Shown: in pieces, positions 27,667 through 37,141 of the stretch
Numbering within the stretch: the stretch's first letter is position 1
How the letters are laid out: the number at the start of each line of letters is the position of its first letter
Source of the DNA: an uncultured Flavobacteriaceae bacterium
GTDB taxonomy: Bacteria; Bacteroidota; Bacteroidia; Flavobacteriales; Flavobacteriaceae
Length of the DNA stretch: 64,000 nt
Reading direction: 5' to 3'
NCBI GenBank assembly: GCA_963822355.1
Contig: CAWGHI010000007.1
Coordinates: forward strand, 12,676 to 76,675
Translations under genes and position numbers: made by a program
Notes under the pieces: model-generated
Told to the model about the DNA's origin: nothing
Seen by the model: the letters and a program-made list of their open reading frames with translations, nothing else
Databases searched by the model: none

Positions 27667-29985
27667 TTGGAAGCATATTTAGAACAACTCAACGATGCGC
27701 AGCGTGCGCCGGTGCTGCAAAAAGACGGTGCCATGATCGTTATTGCCGGCGCTGGTTCCGGTAAAACACGTGTGCTCACATTTCGTATTGCATACTTAAT
27801 GTCGCAGGGGGTAGATCCCTTTAATATTTTGGCGCTCACGTTTACCAACAAAGCCGCGCGCGAAATGAAAAATCGTATCTCTAAAATCGTTGGCGCCAGC
27901 GAAGCCAAAAATCTTTGGATGGGAACCTTCCACAGTATTTTTGCGAAAATACTTCGGTTTGAGGCCGATAAACTTGGCTATCCCTCTAACTTCACTATTT
28001 ATGATACGCAGGATTCACAAAGCGTTATCCGCGCGGTAATTAAAGAAATGAATCTGGACAAAGACGTGTACAAATACAAGCAGGTCTATTCGCGTATTTC
28101 TTCCTATAAAAATAGCTTAATTACCGTAAAGGCATATTTCAATAATCCCGAATTGATGGAAGCAGACGCAATGGCGAAAATGCCACGCTTGGGAGATATT
28201 TATAAAGCTTACGTAGACAAATGTTTTAAAGCGGGCGCAATGGATTTTGACGATCTGTTGCTGAAAACAAATGAATTGCTGACTCGTTTTCCAGATGTTT
28301 TGGCAAAGTATCAAAACCGTTTCCGCTATATTTTGGTGGATGAGTACCAAGATACCAACCACAGCCAATACTTAATTGTGCGCGCGCTTTCAGATAGGTT
28401 CCAAAATATATGTGTTGTGGGCGACGATGCACAGAGCATTTATGCTTTCCGAGGAGCAAATATCAACAACATCCTAAATTTTCAGAAGGATTATGATGAT
28501 GTGAAAGTGTTTCGTTTGGAACAGAATTACCGCTCCACAAAAAACATTGTAAACGCTGCAAATAATATTATTGAAAAAAACAAAACTCGTCTCGAAAAGG
28601 TAGTTTGGACTGCCAATGACGAAGGCAATAAAATTCTTGTAAACCGTACAATGACGGACGGTGACGAAGGCCGTTTTGTAGCCAGCTCCATTTTTGAAAA
28701 CAAAATGAACCATCAGCTAAAAGATGGTGATTTTGCTATTTTGTACCGAACCAATGCACAAAGTAGAGCGATTGAAGATGCACTGCGGAAGAAAGACATT
28801 CCATATAGAATATACGGAGGCCTTAGTTTTTATCAACGAAAAGAGATAAAGGATGTTTTGGCGTATTTGCGCTTGGTTTTAAATCCAAAAGATGAAGAAG
28901 CGCTAAAACGGGTAATAAATTATCCCGCGCGCGGCATTGGTGAAACCACAATTGAAAGGTTAATTGTGGCTGCAAACCATTACAATCGATCAATTTTCGA
29001 GGTAATGCAAAACATTGAAAAGATTGATTTGAAGATAAATTCTGGCACAAAAAACAAGTTGCAGGATTTTGTAACGATGATTGAAAGTTTCCAGGTTTTA
29101 AATTCTGGATATGATGCTTTCACTATAACAGAACACGTTTCAAAAAAAACAGGTTTGTTGCAGGAATTGAAGAAAGATGGCACACCAGAAGGAATTGCAC
29201 GTATTGAAAACATTGAAGAACTACTTAATGGGATGCGAGATTTTGTAGAAGAACAAAAAGAAATCGCTGATGCCACAGGCTCGCTTGCAGAATTTATGGA
29301 AGATGTGGCGCTTGCAACAGACATGGACAATGACAAAGGCGATGGAGAGCGTGTGGCTTTGATGACCGTACATTTGGCAAAAGGGCTGGAATTTCCCTAT
29401 GTGTATATTGTTGGCATGGAAGAAGATCTTTTCCCCAGCGGGATGAATATGAATTCTCGAAGCGAGTTGGAAGAAGAACGAAGACTTTTCTACGTGGCTT
29501 TAACGCGTGCTGAAAAACAGGCTTATTTAACCTACACCCAATCGCGCTACCGTTGGGGAAAATTGATTGACGCCGAACCCAGCCGTTTTCTTGAGGAAAT
29601 TGATGAAAGTTTTTTGGAATATTTGACCCCAATTACTGAAAATCGCTACAAACCATTGCTGGATGCAGATATTTTTGATGAAGTGGATCACAGTAAACTT
29701 CGTCTTCGGAAACCGGTGGCAGGCAAAGCACCCACGGGTCCAACTGAAGAGCAACTTCGAAAACTGAGAAGATTGAAACCTGTTTTAAGCGAAACCAATA
29801 AAGATTTTAGCGCAGAAGATGCAAATTTAAAAGTGGGAACAGTAGTGGAACATGTTCGTTTCGGCAAAGGAAAAATTCTTAAAATTGAAGGTGTTGGTGC
29901 CGATACAAAGGCCGAAATAGATTTTGAAAACGGAGGGCTAAAAAAATTACTGCTTCGGTTCGCAAAGTTGAAAGTAATTAATTAG
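27667..29985 (+). CDS. uvrD: UvrD/PcrA-family ATP-dependent DNA helicase
   Basis: AGAGSGKT, DEYQDTN, VGDDAQSIY, QNYRST, TVHLAKGLEF and EERRLFYVA motifs; C-terminal Tudor-like HVRFGKG. Confidence 0.96.
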   Translation: MEAYLEQLNDAQRAPVLQKDGAMIVIAGAGSGKTRVLTFRIAYLMSQGVDPFNILALTFTNKAAREMKNRISKIVGASEAKNLWMGTFHSIFAKILRFEADKLGYPSNFTIYDTQDSQSVIRAVIKEMNLDKDVYKYKQVYSRISSYKNSLITVKAYFNNPELMEADAMAKMPRLGDIYKAYVDKCFKAGAMDFDDLLLKTNELLTRFPDVLAKYQNRFRYILVDEYQDTNHSQYLIVRALSDRFQNICVVGDDAQSIYAFRGANINNILNFQKDYDDVKVFRLEQNYRSTKNIVNAANNIIEKNKTRLEKVVWTANDEGNKILVNRTMTDGDEGRFVASSIFENKMNHQLKDGDFAILYRTNAQSRAIEDALRKKDIPYRIYGGLSFYQRKEIKDVLAYLRLVLNPKDEEALKRVINYPARGIGETTIERLIVAANHYNRSIFEVMQNIEKIDLKINSGTKNKLQDFVTMIESFQVLNSGYDAFTITEHVSKKTGLLQELKKDGTPEGIARIENIEELLNGMRDFVEEQKEIADATGSLAEFMEDVALATDMDNDKGDGERVALMTVHLAKGLEFPYVYIVGMEEDLFPSGMNMNSRSELEEERRLFYVALTRAEKQAYLTYTQSRYRWGKLIDAEPSRFLEEIDESFLEYLTPITENRYKPLLDADIFDEVDHSKLRLRKPVAGKAPTGPTEEQLRKLRRLKPVLSETNKDFSAEDANLKVGTVVEHVRFGKGKILKIEGVGADTKAEIDFENGGLKKLLLRFAKLKVIN

Positions 29986-30010
29986 TTTTTACTTTTCAGC
30001 AGCTATTCCG

Positions 30011-30901
30011 CTAGTTTGTAAATTCCAAATAAAGATCAATATAAGCACTTATTTGAGTTTTCATATCTTCAATGTCATTTGCTGCCCAATCGCCATGGCC
30101 GCCTTCATAAACTGTAAAATTATGATCAATTAACGCGGTGTTAAGTGCAGCATTTAGCGTTGTAGCATTTGAAAGTGGCACAAGTGGATCGGCATTTCCG
30201 TAGAAAAGCAGGGTAGGGCTACTAGCGTTGGAAACCCGAAGCGCAGGGCTTAATACTTCTGCATAATTTGTGCCTGGCGGGTATGCATTTTCATCTACCA
30301 ATGCTGCCATTAAAAAAGAAAAGTCTGGATTTTCGCTGTAAAAGGGATCGGTAAAATCTGAGGGTCCCACAATGTCTCCAACCATTTTCACTTGATCGTC
30401 CAAATCGTAAGCGTAATCATACATCAAAGAAATATGCGCACCCGCACTCGCGCCAATAAGTGCAAACTGTGGCAAAATCTGTAAATCCTCTTTTTCAGAT
30501 GTAAGTTTATTAATCACTGCATCCACATCTAAAAATTGGTTTGGAAAAGCAGGAGTATTGATATCTGCAAGCACATAGTTTATGTTAACTATCGCGTGGT
30601 TCGGATGCCTTAGTTTTATATAGGGAATCAAAAAGTCCATATCGGCTTTGTCACCACCGGTCCAACCACCGCCGTGAACCAGTGCAATAACTTTAGTTTT
30701 TTCTGAGGAACGATCTGCAGGTAAATAGAGATCGTATTTTTCTTGCTCATTGCTTCCATAGGAAACATTCATAAAAGTTTCGGCGGCTAACGGTTGCTGA
30801 GTGCTATTTTCAGTGTCTTTTGAGCAGGAAAGGAAAGAAATTTGAATTCCAAGGAATAGAATTAAAATGAAGAATTTTTTCATAAACAAAGTTTGTTGCA
30901 A
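30011..30901 (-). CDS. Alpha/beta hydrolase (esterase/lipase), lipoprotein
   Basis: Lipobox FLSC; HGGGW and GASAG motifs; D..VP and terminal GH. Confidence 0.88.
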   Translation of the reverse strand: MQQTLFMKKFFILILFLGIQISFLSCSKDTENSTQQPLAAETFMNVSYGSNEQEKYDLYLPADRSSEKTKVIALVHGGGWTGGDKADMDFLIPYIKLRHPNHAIVNINYVLADINTPAFPNQFLDVDAVINKLTSEKEDLQILPQFALIGASAGAHISLMYDYAYDLDDQVKMVGDIVGPSDFTDPFYSENPDFSFLMAALVDENAYPPGTNYAEVLSPALRVSNASSPTLLFYGNADPLVPLSNATTLNAALNTALIDHNFTVYEGGHGDWAANDIEDMKTQISAYIDLYLEFTN

Positions 30902-30996
30902 CCTGTAACGGAGAAATTCCTTTTTTATGTTACACGGTTGGTTATAAGTTGTTATTTCTTATAAAATGATTTATATTTAAACAAAAACATGTTGCA

Positions 30997-31614
30997 ATGG
31001 CTGAGTTCATAAAGATTTACGAAGAAAACCCAAACCCCAAGGAAATTAAGAGGGTTGTAAAAATTCTTCGCGATGGAGGAGTAATTATATATCCGAGTGA
31101 CACAGTCTATGCCCTTGGGTGTGATATAAAAAATAACCGTGCTATGGAACGCGTGGCCCAGTTGCGTGGCGTGAAACTGGATAAAGCAAATTTCTCTTTT
31201 GTTTGCGAGGATTTAAGCAATCTAAGCGATTATGTAAAACAAATTGACACCCCTACGTTTAAATTACTGAAACGAAATTTACCGGGTCCCTACACATTTG
31301 TTCTTCCCGGAAATAATAATCTCCCCACGGTATTTAAAAAGAAAAGGGAAGTGGGCATCAGGGTGCCAGATAATGCTATAACCCGCGCTATTGTCCACGA
31401 GTTGGGAAATCCGATAATTTCAACATCCATAAAAGATGAAGATGAAGTAATAGAATATACCACCGACCCCGAACTTATTTTGGAAAAATGGGAAAATTTG
31501 GTGGACCTTGTTATTGATGGTGGTTATGGGGGAAATATCCCTTCAACAGTAATTGATCTTACCGGAAGTGAACCTGTTGTAATACGTGAGGGAAAAGGAA
31601 GCTTGGAACTCTAG
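30997..31614 (+). CDS. Sua5/YciO/YrdC-family protein (threonylcarbamoyl-AMP synthase-like)
   Basis: YPSDTVYALGC, LPGPYTF, VGIRVP, STS and PSTVIDL motifs. Confidence 0.9.
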   Translation: MAEFIKIYEENPNPKEIKRVVKILRDGGVIIYPSDTVYALGCDIKNNRAMERVAQLRGVKLDKANFSFVCEDLSNLSDYVKQIDTPTFKLLKRNLPGPYTFVLPGNNNLPTVFKKKREVGIRVPDNAITRAIVHELGNPIISTSIKDEDEVIEYTTDPELILEKWENLVDLVIDGGYGGNIPSTVIDLTGSEPVVIREGKGSLEL

Positions 31615-31655
31615 TTTTTGGTAATGTTTCTTTTGGGATTCTGGTAAAAGTTTAA

Positions 31656-31991
31656 TTATTTCAACAAATGCTGTAATCCTCGATATATGTTTTCTTCAAG
31701 TATATCGATGGAGCCGTCTGTAAGAAACATACTTTTTATATTTTCAAAAAGTCTGTCTATCTCATTTTTTGAGTAATGGTAACGGGTAACGGTATCCTGA
31801 ATTTTTTGAATACGTTGGTAATCGTTATCTTGATCAAACTCTTTGTGAATGTGATGATATTTTTCTTCACCCACTTTGGATTTTATATATTCCTTTTCAG
31901 CTTTGGTTTCAATAAAATTTGCATTAGCACAGTACATTAAAATATATGCTTTCAGCTCTTCACGGGTCCAATTGGTCTTAAATTCTTCCAT
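31656..31991 (-). CDS. Hypothetical protein, TerB-like helical
   Basis: Y.LMYCANA...E...E.EYI and F..DG......E pattern resembles the TerB fold. Confidence 0.6.
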   Translation of the reverse strand: MEEFKTNWTREELKAYILMYCANANFIETKAEKEYIKSKVGEEKYHHIHKEFDQDNDYQRIQKIQDTVTRYHYSKNEIDRLFENIKSMFLTDGSIDILEENIYRGLQHLLK

Positions 31992-32070
31992 TTTTATTTT
32001 AATTATAAAATGTTCTATTTTCTTATCTAAATATACAAAAAGCTTCCCTAAGATTTTGTTGACATACTGA

Positions 32071-32101
32071 TTAAAAAACCCGGTCTTTTCGGGACCGGGT
32101 T
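32071..32101 (-). terminator. Rho-independent terminator of the OmpA-family gene
   Basis: Minus strand reads AACCCGGTC...GACCGGGTT followed by TTTT. Confidence 0.8.
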
Positions 32102-32124
32102 CATTTTATTTTTATTTCAGAAAA

Positions 32125-32985
32125 CTATTTTCCTCCAGCTTCAAGGTTTTTCATTTCCTTCTCAATCATATCATAGAATTGATCAATTTTTGGAAGAACC
32201 AAGATTCGGGTACGTCTGTTTGTCGCTCTGTTTTCCGCAGTTGTGTTTGGTACTAATGGTACATAATCTGCACGACCCGCAGCAATTAAACGAGCTGGCT
32301 CTACACCAAGTTTTTGTAGTTCACGTACAATAGCAGTAGCTCTTTTTACACTTAAATCCCAGTTATCAAGTAACAACCCGTTGCTATAAGGAACGTTGTC
32401 TGTATGTCCTTCAACCATTGCTTCAAACTCAGGCTTTCCGTTGATTACTTTGGCAACTTTACCGAGAATTTCGGTAGCTCTGTTTGAAATTTGGTAGCTT
32501 CCGCTTTTGAAGATTACTTTATCTGAAAGAGAAATATAAACTACACCTTTTTCAACATTTACTTCAATATCTGGATCATTTACGCCAACTTCTCTTTTAA
32601 GACTTGTAACCAAAGCAAGAGTTACACTATCTTTTTTATTGAGTGCATCTTGCAAGCGTGTAATTTTAAGATCTTTTTCTTTTAAACTTTCCAATGATTT
32701 TTCAAGATTGGTAGCACCTTTGGATGTAAGCATGGTAAGATCTTTTGAGCTTTGAATAAGATCAGCATTGGTTTTTTTCATATCTGCCAATCGCTCTTCA
32801 AGTTCCTTAGCTCGCGCGGTTGAGGCTGCTCTTTCAGCAAGACAATCGTTTAGTTTAACGGTGGCCGTGTTAAGCAAATCTTGCGTGTTTTTTTGTTTTG
32901 CTTCAAGTTCTTTATATTTCTTGCTCGATACACAAGAAGTAAAAGCTAAACTTGAACATACTACTAAAATCAATAATTTTTTCAT
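32125..32985 (-). CDS. OmpA/MotB-family lipoprotein
   Basis: Lipobox FTSC; coiled coil; VEGHTD, NWDLSVKRA and NRRTRI motifs. Confidence 0.92.
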   Translation of the reverse strand: MKKLLILVVCSSLAFTSCVSSKKYKELEAKQKNTQDLLNTATVKLNDCLAERAASTARAKELEERLADMKKTNADLIQSSKDLTMLTSKGATNLEKSLESLKEKDLKITRLQDALNKKDSVTLALVTSLKREVGVNDPDIEVNVEKGVVYISLSDKVIFKSGSYQISNRATEILGKVAKVINGKPEFEAMVEGHTDNVPYSNGLLLDNWDLSVKRATAIVRELQKLGVEPARLIAAGRADYVPLVPNTTAENRATNRRTRILVLPKIDQFYDMIEKEMKNLEAGGK

Positions 32986-33091
32986 AATGAGTTGGTATTA
33001 TATTTAGATTGTTTATTCAATAATTCTGAACCAAAATTATCAATTTACATTTCAGCTAAGAAACGATTAACAATACTTTAAGTAAAATAAA

Positions 33092-34084
33092 TTAAAGTTG
33101 GCTGTAAACTTTTTTTTTCAGTATAAAATACTGAAATACAATAGATTTAACGAAATAATATTTAAATTCTGACTTGTGGATTTTCCTTTTTTGAAGAAAC
33201 TTCGGAATGAATCCATAAAAACTGAAGTGAGCTTTCAAAACCGCTAAAAAATGTTGTGTTTTTCCCTGAAATAAAAACTGAAAAGCGGCAATACCATCCA
33301 AAAGCATTCGCATTAAAATTGAAGTTAAAGCTTTGATTCCTTTTACGTTTTTTAAGATACTTAAAAGTGAATTTCTAAAGTTGTAAAATGTTTTTTTGGG
33401 GTTCATAATATTTAAGGTGGCACCGCCCACATGATAAACTTTTGAAGTTCCCACAAAAAGAATTTTTCCCCCATCTGATTGCAAACGCCAGCAAAGATCA
33501 ATCTCCTCTTGGTGGGCAAAGTAATCTTCATCAAAGCCGCCTACTTTCCAAAAAGCTTCTGCATTTACAAAAAGACAGGCCCCGGAAGCCCAAAATATTT
33601 CAGAGATATCGTTATATTGACCTTCATCCTTTTCCAAGGTATTGAAAATCCGGCCGCGACAAAAAGGATACCCGTACTTATCTAAAAATCCGCCAGCGGC
33701 GCCTGAATATTCAAAATATTCCTTGTTTTTATAATCCAGGATTTTTGGCTGTGCGGCGACTACGGAATTGTTTTTCTCAAATTCGGAAATAATTGGCTGC
33801 AACCAATTTTCTGTTACTTCAACATCACTGTTTAGCAATACAAAAATTTCTTCGGAAAGATTTTTTAAAGCGTCGTTATAACCCTTAGCATAGCCACCAT
33901 TTACTTTGTTTTGAATGACTTTCACCGAGGGAAAAAACTCCATAATAAAAGCAACGGAATCATCTGTGGAAGCATTATCCGCTACATAAACATTGGCTTC
34001 ATTGGAAAATTTGACAACCGACGGCAGGAATTTCTCCAATAAATCCTTTCCGTTCCAATTAAGTATTACAACAGCTACTTTCAC
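33092..34084 (-). CDS. Glycosyltransferase family 2
   Basis: VILNWNG, VADNAS, LLNSD, WASGAC and EEIDLCWR motifs. Confidence 0.93.
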   Translation of the reverse strand: MKVAVVILNWNGKDLLEKFLPSVVKFSNEANVYVADNASTDDSVAFIMEFFPSVKVIQNKVNGGYAKGYNDALKNLSEEIFVLLNSDVEVTENWLQPIISEFEKNNSVVAAQPKILDYKNKEYFEYSGAAGGFLDKYGYPFCRGRIFNTLEKDEGQYNDISEIFWASGACLFVNAEAFWKVGGFDEDYFAHQEEIDLCWRLQSDGGKILFVGTSKVYHVGGATLNIMNPKKTFYNFRNSLLSILKNVKGIKALTSILMRMLLDGIAAFQFLFQGKTQHFLAVLKAHFSFYGFIPKFLQKRKIHKSEFKYYFVKSIVFQYFILKKKVYSQL

Positions 34085-34120
34085 GGTGTAAAGATAGATT
34101 TTTGAAGTGTTTTTTCAGTT

Positions 34121-34570
34121 TTATTTATAATTGGGAATTTCTTCTAAAAAATTATAACATTCGTTTTCATTGTCCATTTGGCAATAATAATGTTCCAAAC
34201 CGTTGCTAATCATCAAATATTGTGCATCCAAAGTTAGATTGTATCTGGCAATTTGATCAAAGGTAAGTTGTGTGATTGGGACGGAAGGTGATTTGCATTC
34301 AACAATTAAAAAAATACTTCCATCATTGTTAAAAACTACAACATCATATCTTTTTATAGTATTGTTAAGTTTCAGTTGCTTTTCAACGTTAATAAGGCTT
34401 TTGGGATATTTTTTTTCCTTCAGAAGAAATTGAACAACATGCAAGCGAACCCATTCCTCGGGCGTGAGTACCACGAATTTTTTTCTTATTTCATCAAAAA
34501 CCAACGTTTTATTTTCGCTACTTTTGAAGCGAAAGGAATAAGTTGGATAGTTGAGTTTTTGCATACGCAA
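34121..34570 (-). CDS. Stand-alone type I restriction enzyme HsdR N-terminal-domain protein
   Basis: TPEEWVR, YP....VEK, RYDVVV, IVECK and QIARYN PD-(D/E)xK-type pattern; 149 aa with no helicase domain. Confidence 0.85.
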   Translation of the reverse strand: MRMQKLNYPTYSFRFKSSENKTLVFDEIRKKFVVLTPEEWVRLHVVQFLLKEKKYPKSLINVEKQLKLNNTIKRYDVVVFNNDGSIFLIVECKSPSVPITQLTFDQIARYNLTLDAQYLMISNGLEHYYCQMDNENECYNFLEEIPNYK

Positions 34571-34572
34571 AG

Positions 34573-34650
34573 ATTCAAAATTTAAATTTCAAAATTCAAA
34601 ATTAAACTTCTTCAATCTAAAATCTTCAATCGTTAATCGTAAATCATCAA
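34573..34650 (+). repeat. Degenerate 7-mer tandem array (nnnAATC) abutting the holA ATG
   Basis: TTCAATC TAAAATC TTCAATC GTTAATC GTAAATC ATCAAATG, preceded by AAATTCA-type units. Confidence 0.75.
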
Positions 34651-35655
34651 ATGCCACTCGACAAAGTAAAATCTATTATTACTGATATTAAAAACGGAAA
34701 CACTAAACCCATTTATTTTTTGATGGGAGAGGAGCCGTATTATATTGATGGTATTTCAAAATACATTGAAGAAAATGTTTTGTCTGAGGAAGAAAAAGGT
34801 TTCAACCAAATGATACTTTATGGCCGTGATGTAACGGTAGAAGACATCATCAGCAACGCCAAGCGTTATCCTATGATGGCGGAAAAGCAAGTGATTATAG
34901 TGAAGGAAGCCCAAGATCTTTCTAGAACAATTGAAAATTTGGTGGGCTATGCCGATAATCCACAACCAACAACCATTTTGGTTTTTTGCTACAAATACAA
35001 AACTTTGGACAAGCGAAAAAAACTGGCTAAAACTGTCGCAAAATCAGGCGTTGTTTTTGAAAGTAAAAAACTGTATGATGACAAAGTACCTGATTGGATT
35101 AAACGTGTACTTGCCGGAAAAGGTTACACAATCACTCCCAAAGCCGCACAAATGCTTGTGGAATTTCTTGGGAATGATCTCAGTAAAGTGAATAACGAGC
35201 TTGAAAAATTACAACTTATTATAAAGCCCGGAGAACAAATAACGCCACAAATTATTGAAGAGAACATCGGTATCAGTAAGGATTTCAACAATTTTGAACT
35301 ACAGAATGCCATTGGTGAAAAGAATATCAAAAAAGCGTTTGCCATAATCCAATATTTTTCACAGAATCCAAAAAACAATCCTTTGGTGATGACGGTGGCT
35401 TTGCTTTACAGTTTCTTTTCCAAACTCTTAAAATACCACGCACTTTCAAATAAAGGCGACGCGGCAAAGGTTTTGGGGGTAAATCCGTATTTTGTTAAAG
35501 ATTATCAAACTGCCGCCCGAAATTATCCGATGAAAAAAGTTAGTGCCATCATAGCCGCAATACGTGAAGTTGATATGAAAAGTAAGGGCGTGGGCGCCGC
35601 AAATCTTCCACAGGGCGATTTACTGAAGGAGTTGTTGGTAAAGATTTTTAATTAG
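34651..35655 (+). CDS. holA: DNA polymerase III subunit delta
   Basis: IYFLMGEE.YYID, AKRYPMMA, NELEKL, GISKDFN.FEL and D.KSKG motifs. Confidence 0.93.
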   Translation: MPLDKVKSIITDIKNGNTKPIYFLMGEEPYYIDGISKYIEENVLSEEEKGFNQMILYGRDVTVEDIISNAKRYPMMAEKQVIIVKEAQDLSRTIENLVGYADNPQPTTILVFCYKYKTLDKRKKLAKTVAKSGVVFESKKLYDDKVPDWIKRVLAGKGYTITPKAAQMLVEFLGNDLSKVNNELEKLQLIIKPGEQITPQIIEENIGISKDFNNFELQNAIGEKNIKKAFAIIQYFSQNPKNNPLVMTVALLYSFFSKLLKYHALSNKGDAAKVLGVNPYFVKDYQTAARNYPMKKVSAIIAAIREVDMKSKGVGAANLPQGDLLKELLVKIFN

Positions 35656-35687
35656 AAAGAAATTTTCCACCAACAATCAACAATCAA

Positions 35688-36065
35688 CTATTTCTTGTCC
35701 ACAGAATACTTGCCAGGCCCCAAAAGCGCAATTGCCGTAAAGGCCAATAAAAAAAGAAGGGCCTTTTCTTTTGTTCCCAAGGGATCTGCGGCGTGAACAA
35801 TAAAAGCTGCTACGGCCATTGTTAGGATAACGGGAATTGCGGACAGCCTTGTTTTAAATCCAATTATTATAAGAATAGGAAAAAGGACTTCACATAAAAC
35901 TGCTAATATTAAAGTAGCTGGTTCGCCGATGCCAATGGGGTCCCCAAATGAAAAATCGCCCGAAAGCATCCTCATAAGTTTTGGTATTCCATGGGTGAGC
36001 ATTAAGCCCCCGAAACCTAAACGTAGTAAAAGCAATCCTATATTTTGAATGTTTGTGTTGTTCAT
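35688..36065 (-). CDS. DoxX-family membrane protein
   Basis: LLLRL..G.LM..HG..K, four TM segments, GPGKYSVD. Confidence 0.9.
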   Translation of the reverse strand: MNNTNIQNIGLLLLRLGFGGLMLTHGIPKLMRMLSGDFSFGDPIGIGEPATLILAVLCEVLFPILIIIGFKTRLSAIPVILTMAVAAFIVHAADPLGTKEKALLFLLAFTAIALLGPGKYSVDKK

Positions 36066-36162
36066 TTATATCAATTGGAATTAAAAACGAATATAGTAAA
36101 CTATTCATTCATATTTAGTAGTAACCAATTATTAAAAAATTGCTATAGCCTTATTTTAAGTG

Positions 36163-36170
36163 TATTTTTG
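36163..36170 (+). promoter_or_regulatory. Bacteroidota -7 box (TATTTTTG) for the men cluster
   Basis: TAnnTTTG match 18 nt upstream of the menA ATG. Confidence 0.5.
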
Positions 36171-36188
36171 TCTTCATAAAAATATGGA

Positions 36189-37130
36189 ATGACAAAAATT
36201 AAAGCTTGGTTCGCGGCGGCAAGATTGCGAACACTTCCGCTTTCGGTTTCAGGGATTATTGTTGGAGCTTCTGTTGGAAATAAAATTTTAAAACAACCAA
36301 ACCTTGACTTGAATTTTAATGGAAATTCTTCTACCCATTTTTGGCAATCCAGTATTTTTTGGCTTGCAATATTGGTAACTATAGGATTTCAGGTTTTATC
36401 CAACTTTGCGAACGATTACGGCGATGGCGTTCGTGGAACTGATGCCAAAAGAGAAGGCGAAAAACGCATGGTAGCATCGGGAATAATTTCGCCGAAACAA
36501 ATGAAAATAGGAATGATTATTACTGGAATCATCACGTTTTTTTTTGCAACTATTTTAATTTTTATAGCTTTCGGAAATGAAAACTTCATCATTTCCTTTA
36601 TTTTTTTCAACCTCACAATACTTTCAATAATTGCTGCAGTAAAGTACACGGTCGGTAAAAAAGCATACGGATATTCAGGCTTGGGCGATATTTTCGTATT
36701 TCTGTTTTTTGGTCTTTTGAGCGTGTTGGGAAGTTACTTTTTATTCACACACTCTTTAAAATGGCAGTTCGTACTGCCTGCCACGGCAATTGGTTGTTTT
36801 AGCACTGCGGTACTAAATCTAAACAATATGCGCGATATTGAAAATGATGCTGCTGCGGGTAAAAACACATTGGTTGTTAAGTTGGGAATGAATAAAGCTA
36901 AAATATACCACACCTTTTTATTGCTTTCAGGAATGCTTTGTGCTGTTATTTACACGATCATCAACTTTCGGGAGCCCCTACAGTTCATAATATTTATTGC
37001 TTTCATTCCTTTCTTCTTAAATATAAAAACGGTTTTTAAAAACAAATCCCCGATGTTGCTCGATGGCGAATTGAAAAAGGTTGCGTTAAGCACTTTTCTG
37101 TTTGCGATCTTGTTTAGTATCTTTATGTGA
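36189..37130 (+). CDS. menA: 1,4-dihydroxy-2-naphthoate polyprenyltransferase
   Basis: RLRTLPLS, NFANDYGDG..GTD, YGYSGLGD and NNMRD..ND...GK.TL motifs. Confidence 0.95.
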   Translation: MTKIKAWFAAARLRTLPLSVSGIIVGASVGNKILKQPNLDLNFNGNSSTHFWQSSIFWLAILVTIGFQVLSNFANDYGDGVRGTDAKREGEKRMVASGIISPKQMKIGMIITGIITFFFATILIFIAFGNENFIISFIFFNLTILSIIAAVKYTVGKKAYGYSGLGDIFVFLFFGLLSVLGSYFLFTHSLKWQFVLPATAIGCFSTAVLNLNNMRDIENDAAAGKNTLVVKLGMNKAKIYHTFLLLSGMLCAVIYTIINFREPLQFIIFIAFIPFFLNIKTVFKNKSPMLLDGELKKVALSTFLFAILFSIFM

Positions 37131-37141
37131 AAAATAAAAAC

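Noticed and set aside
32125-32985. Flagellar stator MotB
   Set aside because: It is a lipoprotein with a coiled coil and OmpA-like domain, with no MotA partner or flagellar genes nearby. It is a generic peptidoglycan-binding protein.
34121-34570. Type I restriction-modification or anti-phage defence island
   Set aside because: Only an isolated HsdR N-terminal domain is present. There is no hsdM, hsdS or helicase, and the neighbours are housekeeping genes.
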